The notes: generated by a model not told the origin, from the sequence alone. A DNA stretch of 64,000 bases from Paragordius varius (GCA_964247055.1 OZ176057.1:5642001-5706000), one strand, 5' to 3'. Counted from the stretch's first letter, positions 24,560-38,171 are shown. Numbers and translations are program-made.

Positions 24560-26764
24560 TTATCCGCTCTTTCGTTTTTTGATATCGATGGTTGGGAAAA
24601 CTCTGCGTTGAGATACGGTGCTCAAGGGGGTTGTTGTAATTTTTCTTACAATTATTAGCTAAAAAATATATAACTTTAATATATATATTATAAAAAATTA
24701 TAGTAAAATCTAAATTAAACGGACAAAACGTAAAAAGATTTATATTTATATATTAAAAAACTACCATACTTTAAACTTGGATTTTATTTCCATATAAATT
24801 TAAATGTATAAGTGATTGTGTTATTAATATACATTTCTATTTCATACTTTGTAGTGAATGATATTTATTTGAAAAAACAATCAAGATTTAAATAGTCTGG
24901 TTGTCTTTTAGAAAAAATATACATTGTCCGTATAATATAAATTTCTATTAAAAAATTTGAATTAAATCAAATTAAAAATAAACAAAAGTAAATACCGTAG
25001 GTCTTTTAGGAGGGCGTTTTGTCCTTTTTGAGTTGTTAGCAGAAGGCTTTTTCAGAGCTGCACGTCTTACCCTGTCTGTACAAAATTAGAAATTGAAAGG
25101 AAAAAATGAAATTTCAAACGTAAAACACTAAAGAGCAAACATAACTTTTTATTTAATTTTTTTAATAAAATCGCGACTCATTTGAGTTACAATGTTAAGT
25201 AGACAAAAAATATATGTCAAAAATAAATTTAGTTTATATGGGAAATTATGGCGTACAAAATAGTTCTGGTCGATATAAATTCATTCTACTGTAATTTACT
25301 TTATATTATTATAAAAAAAATTTTCATATAATTATCATTTATAGTTTACTCCCCTCCAATATGAACCTCATCGTAAAGTGTTTTTTGAATCATAATCCGC
25401 ATAAAGCCTTTAAAAAATTTTCTAGTTGATGTTTTTAATAAAACAAATTATATTTGGTTTACATATGATAAAATATAAATTAGCAACCAAAACTATTATA
25501 TAGGTATTTGTTGTTAAAAAAACTAAACTTCTTTTTAAAAGTCGTTTAAATAAATTTATATAAATACTTGCTCTGAGTTTTGAAAACATATCAGATAATC
25601 TTTCGGGCACATGAGTATTATGTGTAGGAACTAAATTATTTTTGCCATCCTCATTAGATTTAATGGCAGAAGCATATCCTATATATATATATATATTTAC
25701 AGTTCAAATTCACCCTTGAACAATTCGAATTCACCCTAAAAATAAATTAAGTGTTTTATTAGATTTAAAATCACCTATATTTTTTTATATTTTTTAAGAA
25801 AAAATGTTGTTTATATGATAATGAAAAAAATAAAATATGTATCATAAAGATATATTTCATATGAATGATGAGTTATATTAGCAGCCCGAAAACACATATT
25901 TTATTTTTAGGGTAAATTTAAATGGTTTAAGGATCAATTTGATTTGTAAATGGTATATAGATATTAAATTAAAATGGACAAAAAGTATAAACATAAAGAC
26001 AAATATTTTTTCTAAAAGGACTTTTTTAAACTTAATTTTATGCCATTGTTATAAATTGCAAAGTATAAACTAGAGATGTGTATTGGTAACACAATCAATT
26101 ATGTGCATGTTAATATTTTAATTGGTTTGTCTTTTAAATAAAAATTTTGTCCTTATATTTTTTCGTTTTATCCGAATAATTTCAGCTAATATAATATTTT
26201 TTATAAAAGTAAAAATTTAGCTATTAAGACAGAACATAAACGGTAAACGGCTGATCTTTTTGCATAAAAAAATTGATATTTTAGGCTCAAACATTATATA
26301 TATGTTTTTAATTTAAATTTCTTTTTTATAAATAAATCACAAACGAGAGTTTATACATAAAAATACAGAACTTTAAATTATACGGCCAAAACGTAAAATA
26401 TAAAGACAAAGTTTTATTTTTTAAGTACATACTTTTAAAACCTTAATGATTTTTATAAAAATTATTTAATTACAATCATATCGATGTCGTTAGCAATTTA
26501 TATCACCATTTTTTAAATTTAAAACAATCAGTTATTATTTAAAAAAAAATTTAGATTTTTAAAAAAATATTTGTCTTTATATTGTTATGTTTTGTCCGTA
26601 TAATTTCAGTTTATACAAAAAAATAAATATGGTTGTCATTTTGTAAATTTTATATTTTGTCCTTATAATTTTAATTTTTACTCCAAATTTCAACAAAGTA
26701 TACCGTAAGACGGAATGAAACTCAATAAAATTAAAAGTGTGGATATAGGAATGATAAGCTTCAT
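24560..26764 (-). CDS. Putative small secreted protein (5 exons, ~134 aa, signal peptide, basic C-half)
   Basis: Exons 26764-26704, 25678-25568, 25407-25350, 25071-24996, 24658-24560. All GT..AG, phases 1,1,2,0, total 405 nt. N-terminus MKLIIPISTLLILLSFIPSYGYA looks like a signal peptide. The exon 3 and 4 acceptors were chosen to preserve frame. Confidence 0.7.
25695..25953. mobile_element. MITE family A inserted in (TA)n
   Basis: (TA)n-TTTACAGTTCAAATTCACCC ... GATTTGTAAATGG|TATATA. Confidence 0.75.
26370..26685. mobile_element. MITE family B copy (others at ~24700-24950 and ~25960-26190)
   Basis: AAATTATACGGCCAAAACGTAAAATATAAAGACAAA arm and reverse-complement arm(s). Confidence 0.55.
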
Positions 26765-27029
26765 ATAAAAAAATTTTTAATCCAAATTTACCTCTAAAAA
26801 TATCTTTGTAAAATAATTTTTTATAAAAAAAAATATATAATTTTGTTGTCGATATACGTCAACTTTTTTTATAAAAACAAGTTTAGATCCTATTTTTTTT
26901 TCGTCAAATACTTAAAGGTCGAATAATATCAACATAAATATATATTGAATGATAATTGATTGAGTTTGACCTTAAGTTTCATCATAGGACATTTAGTTTA
27001 TAGAAATAATATACAAACGAGTTTTTTTA

Positions 27030-27255
27030 ATTAGCTAATAATATTTTAGCGATATTTTCGTTAAATAAAATCAACATTTTATAAATAATTAAATAACAGG
27101 TATATATATAATATCGTGAAGTCTGGCTATTAAATAACCTTTAAAGAAAAAAAATATTATTAAAGTTTCTTAATATTCCATATTTATATTTTAGCGATTT
27201 CCTTGTTTCACTATAATCAACATTTATAAATAATTTTGCACAAAATTATAGCAGG

Positions 27256-27286
<31 letters not shown>

Positions 27287-27420
27287 CCTGACATTGGAAA
27301 ATAATTAATCACATCGTGAAGGCTGGCTATTAAATAACCTTAACGAAAAAATTTATTAATAAAAGTTTATTAATTAGTTAGCTATTTATATATTTATATT
27401 TTCTTTTAATAAAATCAACA
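27030..27420. repeat. Intergenic degenerate tandem repeat
   Basis: TCGTGAAG(T/G)CTGGCTATTAAATAACCTT at ~27115 and ~27314; TTTTAGCGAT..AATCAACATTT repeated. Confidence 0.55.
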
Positions 27421-27840
27421 AAATATATAACACAAAAGTAAAGAGGTATATGGATATTGTTAATCCTGGATATAATTAAAAAAAGAATAAATCAATTATT
27501 GAAAGTCTAAATAAAAATTGAAAAATTTGAATAAACAACTGAAACTTTAAAAGAATATATATATTACATTGTAAAAAATTTATAAAATTTCCATTTTTAT
27601 CAAAATTATTATTCTAAAAATATAAAGACAAAATATTTTTTTCGAAAAAGGCAACCCATAGTATTTTAACTTTTTAAAACCCCAAAAAAGTGTTGAAATT
27701 CTCTGAAATATCTACCAATCCAAAGGTTTTAAAAGTCAGATATCTAAATAATTGCAATTATATTATATATATTTATAACACATAGAATAAATTTATTAAT
27801 ATATAATTTCAATTTGGAATATTTTTTTTGTTTGATATAT

Positions 27841-30800
27841 TCATCGTTCATGATTTATGCCTAATTTTTGACAAATTTGTTGAAATATTGTCAACCAAAT
27901 GTCATTTGAGTTTTCGGTTTGATTGATTTGACATTTTTCAAAATAATTTTCGCCTTGTTCAAATGATTTTCCTGGACGTGTATAAAAAACATGAAAAAAA
28001 TTAAAAAATTTTACCCAAAAAGCTAAATAAATATTAAATTATTAAAATAAAAAAATATATTTTCACAAAAATTTTTTAAAAAAATACTTAGATTATGTAA
28101 GAATTGATAAAATAAATTGTGAAATATTTATATATTAAAAATTTATATAATAATAGTAAAATATTTATAATAAAAAAATAATAGTAAAATATTTATAAAT
28201 TTTTTTTAAAATTTAAAAAAATTTTCACAAAAGTTTATATCTCAAAAAGTAATTAAATTATTCTAAAAATTGATAAAATAAATATATTTTTAAATAAAAA
28301 ATTTTTTTTTTTCAAAAAATAACTTAAATTAATATCCAGGGGTAGGGATACTAAAATGGGTATATTCCCAGCCCCCATTTCAAGGCACATTCGTTCTGTA
28401 TTTGATAATTTTATATTATTATTATTAATATTATTTGAATTATTCGTATTATTAATTCCATTTAAGGTTTGATTATTAGAGGCTAAAAAATTAAAATTAA
28501 ATATTAAAAATAAAGAAAATTAAAGATATATTATATATTATAAATTATAATTTTTAAAAAAAATTTGTTTTAAAAGTTGATTAGAAAAAATTCAAATTTG
28601 TATACATACATATATTAAATAATATTATAATCTTAATAAATTATACATTAATAAAATAAATATATCAATATTTAATATTAAAATGGAAAAATATTGATTA
28701 TATACAGTTTTAATTAGAATAATTTTTAGATATATTAATATATATCTTTCTCTAAAATCAAAAAATAAAAATATTTTTTTTAATAAAACCTTAAAATATC
28801 AAAATAAAGCGTATTATAAAAGTATATTACTAAATATTATTTTTTTATATAATTTAATATATTTTAATGATAATTTAAAAATAATTAAAAATAATAAAAA
28901 ATATTCTTAATAATCTTCCAAAAATTTTAAAATTTTAAAATTAAAAATTTAAATAAAATTCCTACAAAAAGCTGGAAAGATTTGTGAGGTGAGCTGACAT
29001 TTGGGGCAAATAAAAGCCCTCATATTCTCTATAACCCCTAGAATAGGAATTTCTAATCGTTGACAGAAACTAATTTGTTTTTTGACATCTAACAAGGCTA
29101 CTTTCTGAAATAAAAAATTATAAAAAATATTTAAAAGAAAATTACTCAATGTTTTAAAAAAATAAAAATTATCATAAATGACAAATAATTATAAAATGAC
29201 AAATAATTATAAAATATATAAAAAAACTAATTAAAAACAAAATTTTTTAAAAAATATATAAAAAAAATTATATAAAAAATATATAAATACTAAAAATTCT
29301 TTAGAAAATTTTAAACTATATTTATCAAAATGCTAAATAATGATAAATAAAATATAATTTAAATAGTAAAAATATAATATTTATATATTATATATAAATA
29401 TAAAATTTTACAATTTAATTTAAATCTCTTTATTCCTTATCAGAAAAAATGTTGAATTTAAAAACAATAAATAATTTTATTTTAAAAAAATTTAAATTAC
29501 TAATTTATTTATAAATATACCTGAGGTGTAGTAACAATTAAAACACCACTTTGTGGGTTAATTTCATTTTGATTAACAGAATTTGCCTAAAAATTAATAT
29601 ATATATATATAAATTCTGAGTTTTAATAAAAAAACAATATAATTTCAAAAAATTAACAAAATAAAATAAATATTTTCTAGATAAGTATTTAAGTTAAAAT
29701 AAGAAAAAAGTTAAAAATTAACTTAATATATATATTGTTTGACTACAATAATTTAAAATTAATATTTAAATTTTATTTTTTAAAATTAAATATGCAGAAT
29801 TTTTTTAAAAAAGTTAAAAATTCAATCATAATAATATAAATATTTATATACATATTTCATTTTTTGTTAAAAATTAATAATTAAAATTTAAAAACAAAAA
29901 AAATATTTTCTAAATAAAAAATATTGATTATGAATAAAAAACATATATTTTATACTAATCATTAATTGAGTTTAAGAAATAAAATAAATATTTTTTAAAA
30001 TTATTAAAATAAATATAATAGTCTAGATGTTTCATATAATTATAAAACAAATAATTTTTTTTATTATTAAAAATATATAATTTTAATTAATTTTAAAACT
30101 AATATAGTAAAATTTTTTCAAAAAAATGTAAAGTCTCTTTAATTTTAAATATTGTAAAAATAATACAAATATATATATACAAATATATATTTACATTAAA
30201 TTGTTTATATAATTTAATAAAAATAAATTTTTTATAAATTTCAATAAAAATAAATTATATTTAAATTAAAAAATAATAACTTTATAAAATGAAAATATAT
30301 ATTTTATACAATTTTAAAAATTAAAAATTTTAAAATTGTTACAGAATTTCGAGATTTTATAAGCGGCCCTAAATAATTGAGTATAGTCATATGTTCATCC
30401 GAAGTCCCAGGGGGCGTATCAATAATCAGGTGATCTAAATAATCCCAATCAACCTCCTCTAAGAATTGTTTAATCATGGCTAAAATATTCAAAATATTAA
30501 TTAAAAATTATTTAATAATTTATTTAATAATTTATTTAATAATTTATTTTTTATTTTATAAATATATAAAATAAAAAAGAAAAATATTTTTTAATATATA
30601 TATATTATAGAATATTATAAATTATATAAAAAACAAAAAAACGTTTAATAAAAATTTATATATTTTAAAATATAAATAAAAATAAGTATTTTATATTAAA
30701 ATTCATGAAAATAAAAACAAGTAAAATAATTATTTAAAATTAAAATTATTTAATCTATTTTTTACAAATAAAAAATATAAAAAACTATATTTTAAGCAAA

Positions 30801-33800
30801 TTATCTATTAATATTTATATATTTATTAATTGTATAAAAATTAATTAAAATTAAAAATTAAATAAAATTAAAATTATTTTTTATAATATATATATAAAAA
30901 AATTATTAGATATAAATAATAAAAAAGTATAAATTAATTTATTTTTTATTCTAAAATATCATAATCGTCAACTTATTTTAAGAATTGCTTAATAATTAGC
31001 CATAATAAAAAATTAAATAAAAAAATTATTTAATTTAAATATAAACAATATATAAAATTTTAAATTTTTTATTGAAAATATATTAACTATATATATATAT
31101 ATATATATACATATATATATGTATTAAAAAACTTATAGATAAAATAAATTAAATATTTTTGAAAAATATTTTAAATACCAAACCAAAATAAAAAAATAAT
31201 TTAAATATTTTTTGTTAAAATATATCAAAATTTTTTTTTTAAATATCAAAATAAAATAACTATTTTTTAAACAAGATTTGGAATAAAAAGAAATTTAAAT
31301 ATACATTTAATTTAAAAAAAATTAATTATTTTTATAGAGTTAAAAAATATTAACTATATATTAAAAATGAAAATTTAGAATAATTTTTCGAAAAAATAAA
31401 ATAAATATATATCAAAATAACTATAAATTAAAAATAACTTATTTTTAAGTAATTTTTCAAAACTTTAAAAAAACTTTAAATATTTTTTGTTAAATAATTT
31501 TTATAACTGTTTTTTAGTCAAGATTTGTAATAAGAAATTTAAATATATAATCAATTTAAAAAAATTAATTATTTTTATAGAGTTAAAAAATATTAACTCT
31601 ATATTAAAAAAATTAAATTATTAGTTGAAAAAGATTTTTCAAATACTGAATAAAAACAAGATAATTTAAATATTTTTTAAATATTTCTAAATAAAATCAA
31701 ATAACTATTTATTAAAAAAAATAAAAATAAATTATTTTTAGAAAAAGATTTTTATATACGGAACCAAAAATAAAAAATAATCTAAATATTTTTTGTTAAT
31801 TAATTAAAAAAATTAAATTTATTTTATAAATTTTAAAAATTTTAACCATTTTTCTTAGGAGCTCTCCATATGACTGCATCATTTAGAGAATTTAATAAAA
31901 ATCCGATTGACATTACAGCTAAATTTTCTTCAACAAACTACGAAAAATTAAAAAAATATTTATTTTTATAAATTTTAAAAATATAAAATAATTTATAAAT
32001 TTTAATAAATTACAAATTAAAATATATATATTGTTAAAAAAGTTTTTCTCACAAATAGAATTATTTAAAAAAATAATAAAGTAAATAATAAGATCAAAAT
32101 ATAAAATAAAATGTTATAGAATTTGAAAAAAAATTTTTATAATTTTTATAAATTTAAAAAATATTTATAAATTTTAATAAAATAAAAAAAATAAAAATAT
32201 GTAAAATGGTATTTAACCTTTAAACTTTAAATTCAGAACATATAAAGTTTTTTTACAGTTATAAAAATACTAAATATATTTATAAATACGGAAATTATAA
32301 AACATTTTAACTTATTTTAATTTTTATTTTATAATTTTTATTTAAAAAATCATAAAAATTAAAAACTAATAATTATAATATAAAATTAAATATAGAATAA
32401 ATTTTTATAACTTTATTAATATCTAACAAATTTTAAAGTTATAAAAGGTGAATAAAATTAATTATAAAAAATTAAATTAAAGAATATAAAAATAAAATAA
32501 CTAATAAAATGATAAAATATTTAAAAAAAGAGTAAACTAAAATTTTTAAATGGTATGTTATTTTTAACTTTAAATTCAAATAAAAAGTTTTTTAAAATTT
32601 TTAAAGGTGTTATTACCCAGAATTTTTCAAAAAAACATTAAAATTTAAAACTTTTTATATTCAAAATAAAAAATATTCAAAAATTTAAAAAAAATAAAAA
32701 TTAAAGAATATAAAAATATAACTAATAAAATTATAAATAATTATAAAATGAATAAAATAAAATTTTTAAATGGTATTTTTAACTTTGAATTCATAATAAA
32801 TAAAGTTTTTTAAAGTTTTTAAAGGAGTTACCCATAATTTTTCAAATAAACTTTAAAATTTAAAACTTTTTATCAAAATTTTAAAAAAACTTAATTAAAA
32901 ATTATCCAATAAATATTTTATTTTTATTTTAATTATTTATTAAAAATTAATTTTTTTAAAAAAATTAAATCTAAAAAATCTTACAACAGGTGACCAGCCC
33001 TGAGCACTCTGATGTACTTTCTGATCGCTAACTCGAAACAGTTGGGGTATGGAAGGACCACACAAATCAATATCCAATAAACCAATCTATAAAATTATAA
33101 AATTTAAAAAAAAGTTGCTTTTTATATAGAAAATATATTAAAAAATTATATATATATTTTAGTGTTCGTTTAAAATATTTTAAACTAAAAAGCAAAATTA
33201 AATGGTTAAAATATAATAATTGACCGTTTTTTTAAAAAAATACGTAAAAAAACCAATCTATAAAATATCCAAAAAAAATTATTTTATAAAATTTAAAAAA
33301 ATTGCTTTTTAAAGAATATATAATTAAATATATATATATATATATATAATTCAAAAAAACTAGTGTTTATTAAAATATTTTAAACTAAAAAGCAATTTAA
33401 ATAGTTAAAATATATTAATTGACCGTTTTTTAAAAAAAATACGTAAAAAAACCAATCTATAAAATATTACCCAAAAAAAATTATTTTATAAAATTTAAAA
33501 AAAAGTTGTTTTTTAAAGAAAGAAATTAATAAAAAATTATTTATATATATATAATTATATAATATAAAAAACTAGTGTTTATTAAAATATTTTAAATGTA
33601 ATTTAAATAGTTAAAATATAGTAATTGACCGTTTTTTTAAAAAAAAATTACGTAAAAAAACCAATCTAGTATATATTACCCAAAAAAAATTTTTATTTTA
33701 TTTAAAAAAAAGTTGCTTTTTATATAGAAAATATAAATAATATATATATATATGTATATATATATATTGAAAAACTAGTGTTTTTTAAAAAAAAATTTAC

Positions 33801-34102
33801 GTAAAAGAACCAATCTATAAAATATTATCAAAAAAAAATTATTTTATAAAATTTAAAAAAAAGTTGCTTTTTATATAGAAAATATAATAAAAAATCATTT
33901 ATATATATAAAAAATAGTGTTTGTTAAAATATTTTAAACTAAAATGTAATTTAAATGGTTAAAATATAATAATTGACCGTTTTTTTAAAAAAAATACGTA
34001 AAAAAACCAATCTAGTATATATTACCCAAAAAAAATTATTTTTAAATGAAATTTAATAAAAAGTTGTTTTAAAGAAAATATAAATTAATAAAAAATCATT
34101 TT

Positions 34103-34133
<31 letters not shown>

Positions 34134-37100
34134 ATTTAAAAAAACTAGTGTTTGTTTAAAATATTTTAAACTAAAAAGTAATTTAAATAGTTAAAATATA
34201 TTAATTAACCGTTTTTTTAAAAAAAAATACGTAAAAAAACCAATCTATTAAATATTACCCAAAAAAAATTATTTTTATAAAATTTAAAAAAAAGTTGCTT
34301 TTTTGAAAAAAAAATTAATAAAAAAATCATTTATATATATATAATTAAAAAACTAGTGTTTGTTAAAATATTAAATCTATAAAGCAAAGTTAAATAGTTA
34401 AAATATATTAATTGACCGTTTTTTTAAAAAAAAAATACGTAAAAAAACCAATCTAGAATAAATTACCCAAAAAAAATTATTTTTATAAAATTTAAAAAAA
34501 AGTTGCTTTTTATAAAGAAAATATATTAAAATATATATATTTTTTTTAGAATCTGTAGTGTTTGTTAAAATATTTTAACTAAAAAGTGATTTGAATGGTA
34601 ATATATAATAATTGAGTGATTTTAAAAAAAATACGTAAAAAAATTAATCTATATATTACCCAAAAAAAATTATTTTTATAAAATTTAAAAAAAAGTTGCT
34701 TTTTATAGAAAATGAATTTAATAAAAAAATCATTTATATATATATATATATATTTTATATATATTAAAAAAAACTAGTATTTGTTAAAATATTTAAACTA
34801 AAGCAAAGTTAAATGGTTCAAATATAATTGAGAGTTTTTTAAAAAAAAATTTACGAAAAATAGCAAACATATACCATTTGCAGTTCAAATTCACCCTTGA
34901 AATAAAAATTCAAATTCACCCTAAAAATAAACATTAAATGTTTTAAGATTAATAATTACTTATATAGTTTTTATATAGTTTTGAAAAAAATGAAATTAAA
35001 ATTAAAATTAAATACTGAAAAATTATAAACTATGCACCATAAGAATATATTTCATATTAATAATGAGGGTTATATTAACCCAAAACACATAACTTATTTT
35101 TCTAGAGGGGGGAATTTGGATTGTTCAAGGGTAATAAAAAGTAAAAACTTTTTAAGTTATAAACATTTTTAACTTTTTAAAATTTCATATTAAACAGTTT
35201 CCAATTTAAATAACCTTAAATAAAATATATTAAAAATATTAAAAATAAATTTAAAAAAAAGAATTTTTTATAAAAAAAGATTAAAAAAAGTTTGAAATAA
35301 ATCAATCACCTGTTTATTGCCATTATTAAACAGTTTCCAATGTAAATAACCTTAAAATAAATAATTATTTAAAAAAATAACTCTTTAAAAAAAGAATTTT
35401 TTCATAAAAAAAATTAAATCAAAAATGTTAGATTAAATCAATCAATCACCTGTTTATTGGCATTATTAAACAGTTTCCAATTTAAATAATTATTTAAATA
35501 AATAATTATTATATAAAAATCTTATTTTTATAAAAAATTTAAAATTTTTTTTTGAAATCAATAAATCACCTGTTTATTGGCATTATTAAACAGTTTCCAA
35601 TTTAATATCCTTAAATAATCATAATTATTTGAAAAAAAAATTTTTCATAAAAAAAAGTAAATTAAAAAAATGTTTGAAATTTTTTTTTGAAATCAATCAC
35701 CTGTTTATTTGCATTATTAAACAGTTTCCAATGTAAATATCCTTAAATAATCATAATTATTTGAAAAAAAAATTTTTCATAAAAAAAAGTAAATTAAAAA
35801 AATGTTTGAAATTTTTTTTTGAAATCAATCACCTGTTTATTTGCATTATTAAACAGTTTCCAATGTAAATATCCTTAAATAATCATAATTATTTGAAAAA
35901 ATTAACTTTAAAAAAAGAATTTTATAAAAAATATAAATTTTTTTTTTGAAATCAATCAATGACCTGTTTATTGGCATTACTAAAAGTTTTCCAATTTAAA
36001 TATCCTTAAATAAATTTATTTGAAAGAAAATAACTTTAAAAAAAGATTTTTTTATAAAAATTTAAAATTTTTTTTTGAAATCAATCAATCATCTGTTTAT
36101 TGGCATTATTAAACATTTTCCAATTTAAATAATTATTTAAATAAATATATATTAAAAATAACTAAAAAATTAACTTTAAAAAAAGAATTTTTTTATAAAA
36201 AAAATCAAAATCAAAATGTTTGAAATCAATCAATCACCTGTTTATTGGCATATCTAAACATTTTCCAATGTAAATAATCCTAAAAAAATTAACTTTAAAA
36301 AAAGAATTTTATAAAAAATTTAAAAACTTTTTTTTGAAATGAATCAAATCACCTGTTTATTGGCATTATTAAACAGTTTCCAATCGAAATAACTAAAAAA
36401 TTAACTTTAAAAAAAGAATTTTATTTAAAAAAAAATTATTAAATTTCTTTTTTGAAATAAATCAATCACCTGTTTATTGGCATAATTAAACAGTTTCCAA
36501 TCGAAATAACTAAAAAATAAAATTAACTTTAAAAAAAGAATTTTTTATAAAAAAAGTAAAAAATTTTTTTTTAAATTAATAAATCACCTGTTTATTGGCA
36601 TTATTAAACAGTTTCCAATTTAAATAACCTTAAATAACCATAATTATTTTCATAAAAATTACCTTTAAAAAAAGATTTTTTATAAAAAAAAAGTAAAATT
36701 TTTTTTTTGAAATCAATTAATCACCTGTTTATTGGCATTAATTAAACAATTTCCAATATAAATAACCTTAAATATATAATTATTTGAAAAAATTAACTTT
36801 AAAAAAGAATTTTTTCATAAAAAAAGTAAAAAATGTATTTTGAAATCAATCAATCACCTGTTTATTGGCATTATTAAACAGTTTCCAATTTAAATAATTT
36901 AAAATAAAATTAATTTTGAAAAAAGAATTTTATAAAAAATTTTAAATTTTTTTTTTGAAATCAATAAACCACCTGTTTATTGGCATCAAGAGATAAAAAT
37001 CTTGCCAAGGTGGCAGCTATGGTACTTTTTCCGACACCACCCTTGCCTGACATTACAATGTAAATTGTTTGAACATTCTTAAGATTTTCTGTAACCTTAG

Positions 37101-38171
37101 TTAAATCTACATTAGAAAATTTTTATATTAAGTTTATTTCTAATTTGAATAATTTGAATATTTTATAAATGTAAAATTATGTGTATATAAATTTTAAAGC
37201 TTGGAGAAAAGATAAATTGTATTAAATTGTTTGGACATTCTTGAGATTTTCTCTAACTCTAGTCAAATCTACATTGGAAAATTTAATTTTATATTAAGTT
37301 TATTTCTAATTTAAATATGTTATAAATGTAATAAAATATAGATGTGGTTGTTAAATAAATTATAAAGCTTGGAGAAAAGATAAATTGTGTTTCAAATTAT
37401 TTTAACATTCTTGAGATTTTCCCTAACTCTAATCAAATCTACATTTGAAAATTTTGATTTTTTAGATTTTAAAAATTAGTTTATTTGAATAATTTAAATA
37501 TTTATAAATGTAATGTAATAAATATGTGGTTTTATATAAATTATAAAGCTTGGAGAAAAAGATGAATTACACATTTGTGTTTCAAATTGTTTTAACATTT
37601 TAAAGATTTATGATGATATTAGTTTAATCTGTTTAGTTTATTTTAAAAATTTTAAAATATAAAAGTAAAAATATAAGAAAAAAGCTTATTTTTAATAAAA
37701 TTTAATTCTTACGATTGCGAATATATAAGATATAATGATGTAACCAAATATCTGTATTTTACGTTGTAATTATATTTAAGCCAAATTAATAGCAGGTCTT
37801 CATAAAAAAATGTATGTATCTTTTGTAAAAATTTCAACTAAACTAAAATGGATAAAAAAATAAGTTTAAAATAAAATTTAATTTGCGAATATATAATCAA
37901 AATATATGAACTTATACTCTGAGTCGTTGTATAAAGTTTAAAAAAGTATTTGTCTTTTGTAAAAATTTCTTACAAAACTAAACTAAAATGGATGAAAAAA
38001 TTCGTTTTAAACGGATTAAGAATTTTTTAATAAACCTATTTTCTGTTTGGATTCTCCAGATGAACAAATAGTCTGATTGGGACATCCTTGACAAGGTCCA
38101 GCTTTTCCTGCTTTTTCACTTTCGACTCCTGGACAGTCATGTGGTAATGCGTCATCAGGCGAAGTATACAT
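27841..38171 (-). CDS. NUBP1: Cytosolic Fe-S cluster assembly factor NUBP1/Nbp35 (Mrp/NBP35 P-loop NTPase), 9 exons
   Basis: Exons 38171-38036, 37106-36973, 33086-32985, 31937-31847, 30479-30343, 29586-29521, 29104-28966, 28482-28324, 27971-~27841. N-terminal [24 protein letters not shown] four-Cys motif (distinguishes NUBP1 from NUBP2), [10 protein letters not shown] Walker [32 protein letters not shown]. The last exon has an in-frame TGA (see findings). Confidence 0.93.
33087..34865 (-). repeat. Tandem array containing copies of the NUBP1 exon 3 acceptor
   Basis: ~8 units of ~170-230 bp. Plus-strand ACCAATCTA (minus strand TAG|ATTGGT) near 33252, 33451, 33660, 33810, 34007, 34240 and 34447; degenerate at 34645. 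Confidence 0.85.
34874..35133. mobile_element. MITE family A between the two arrays of NUBP1 intron 2
   Basis: TA|CCATTTGCAGTTCAAATTCACCC left end, family core, truncated right arm. Confidence 0.75.
35190..36972 (-). repeat. Tandem array containing copies of the NUBP1 exon 2 end and donor
   Basis: ~13 units of ~115-145 bp. Plus-strand AATCACCTGTTTATTGGCAT (minus strand ATGCCAATAAACAG|GTGATT); real junction ATGCCAATAAACAG|GTGGTT. Confidence 0.9.
37107..37640 (-). repeat. Tandem array containing copies of the NUBP1 exon 2 acceptor and start
   Basis: 3 units of ~170 bp. ACATTCTTGAGATTTTC...AAATCTACATT near 37240-37285 and 37405-37450; degenerate at ~37590. Confidence 0.8.

Noticed and set aside
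27947-27962. Selenocysteine or readthrough explanation for the TGA in the NUBP1 last exon
   Set aside because: The conserved-looking FEQGE lies in another frame and no SECIS is evident; indel explanations fit better.
31080-32900. Intronic tandem units in NUBP1 introns 3-4 (also 47587-47710 and 62050-62460)
   Set aside because: Real but low-complexity, with no junction copy recognisable. Kept only as evidence that background tandem duplication also occurs.
35190-36972. Regularly spaced conserved ~20-38 bp motif resembling a CRISPR array (also 51608-53700)
   Set aside because: Eukaryotic intron. The spacers are homologous to each other, the motif is the adjacent exon junction, and no cas genes are present.
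28949-37106. Initial call as NUBP2/Cfd1
   Set aside because: Upstream exon 38171-38036 encodes the N-terminal four-Cys motif specific to NUBP1/Nbp35.
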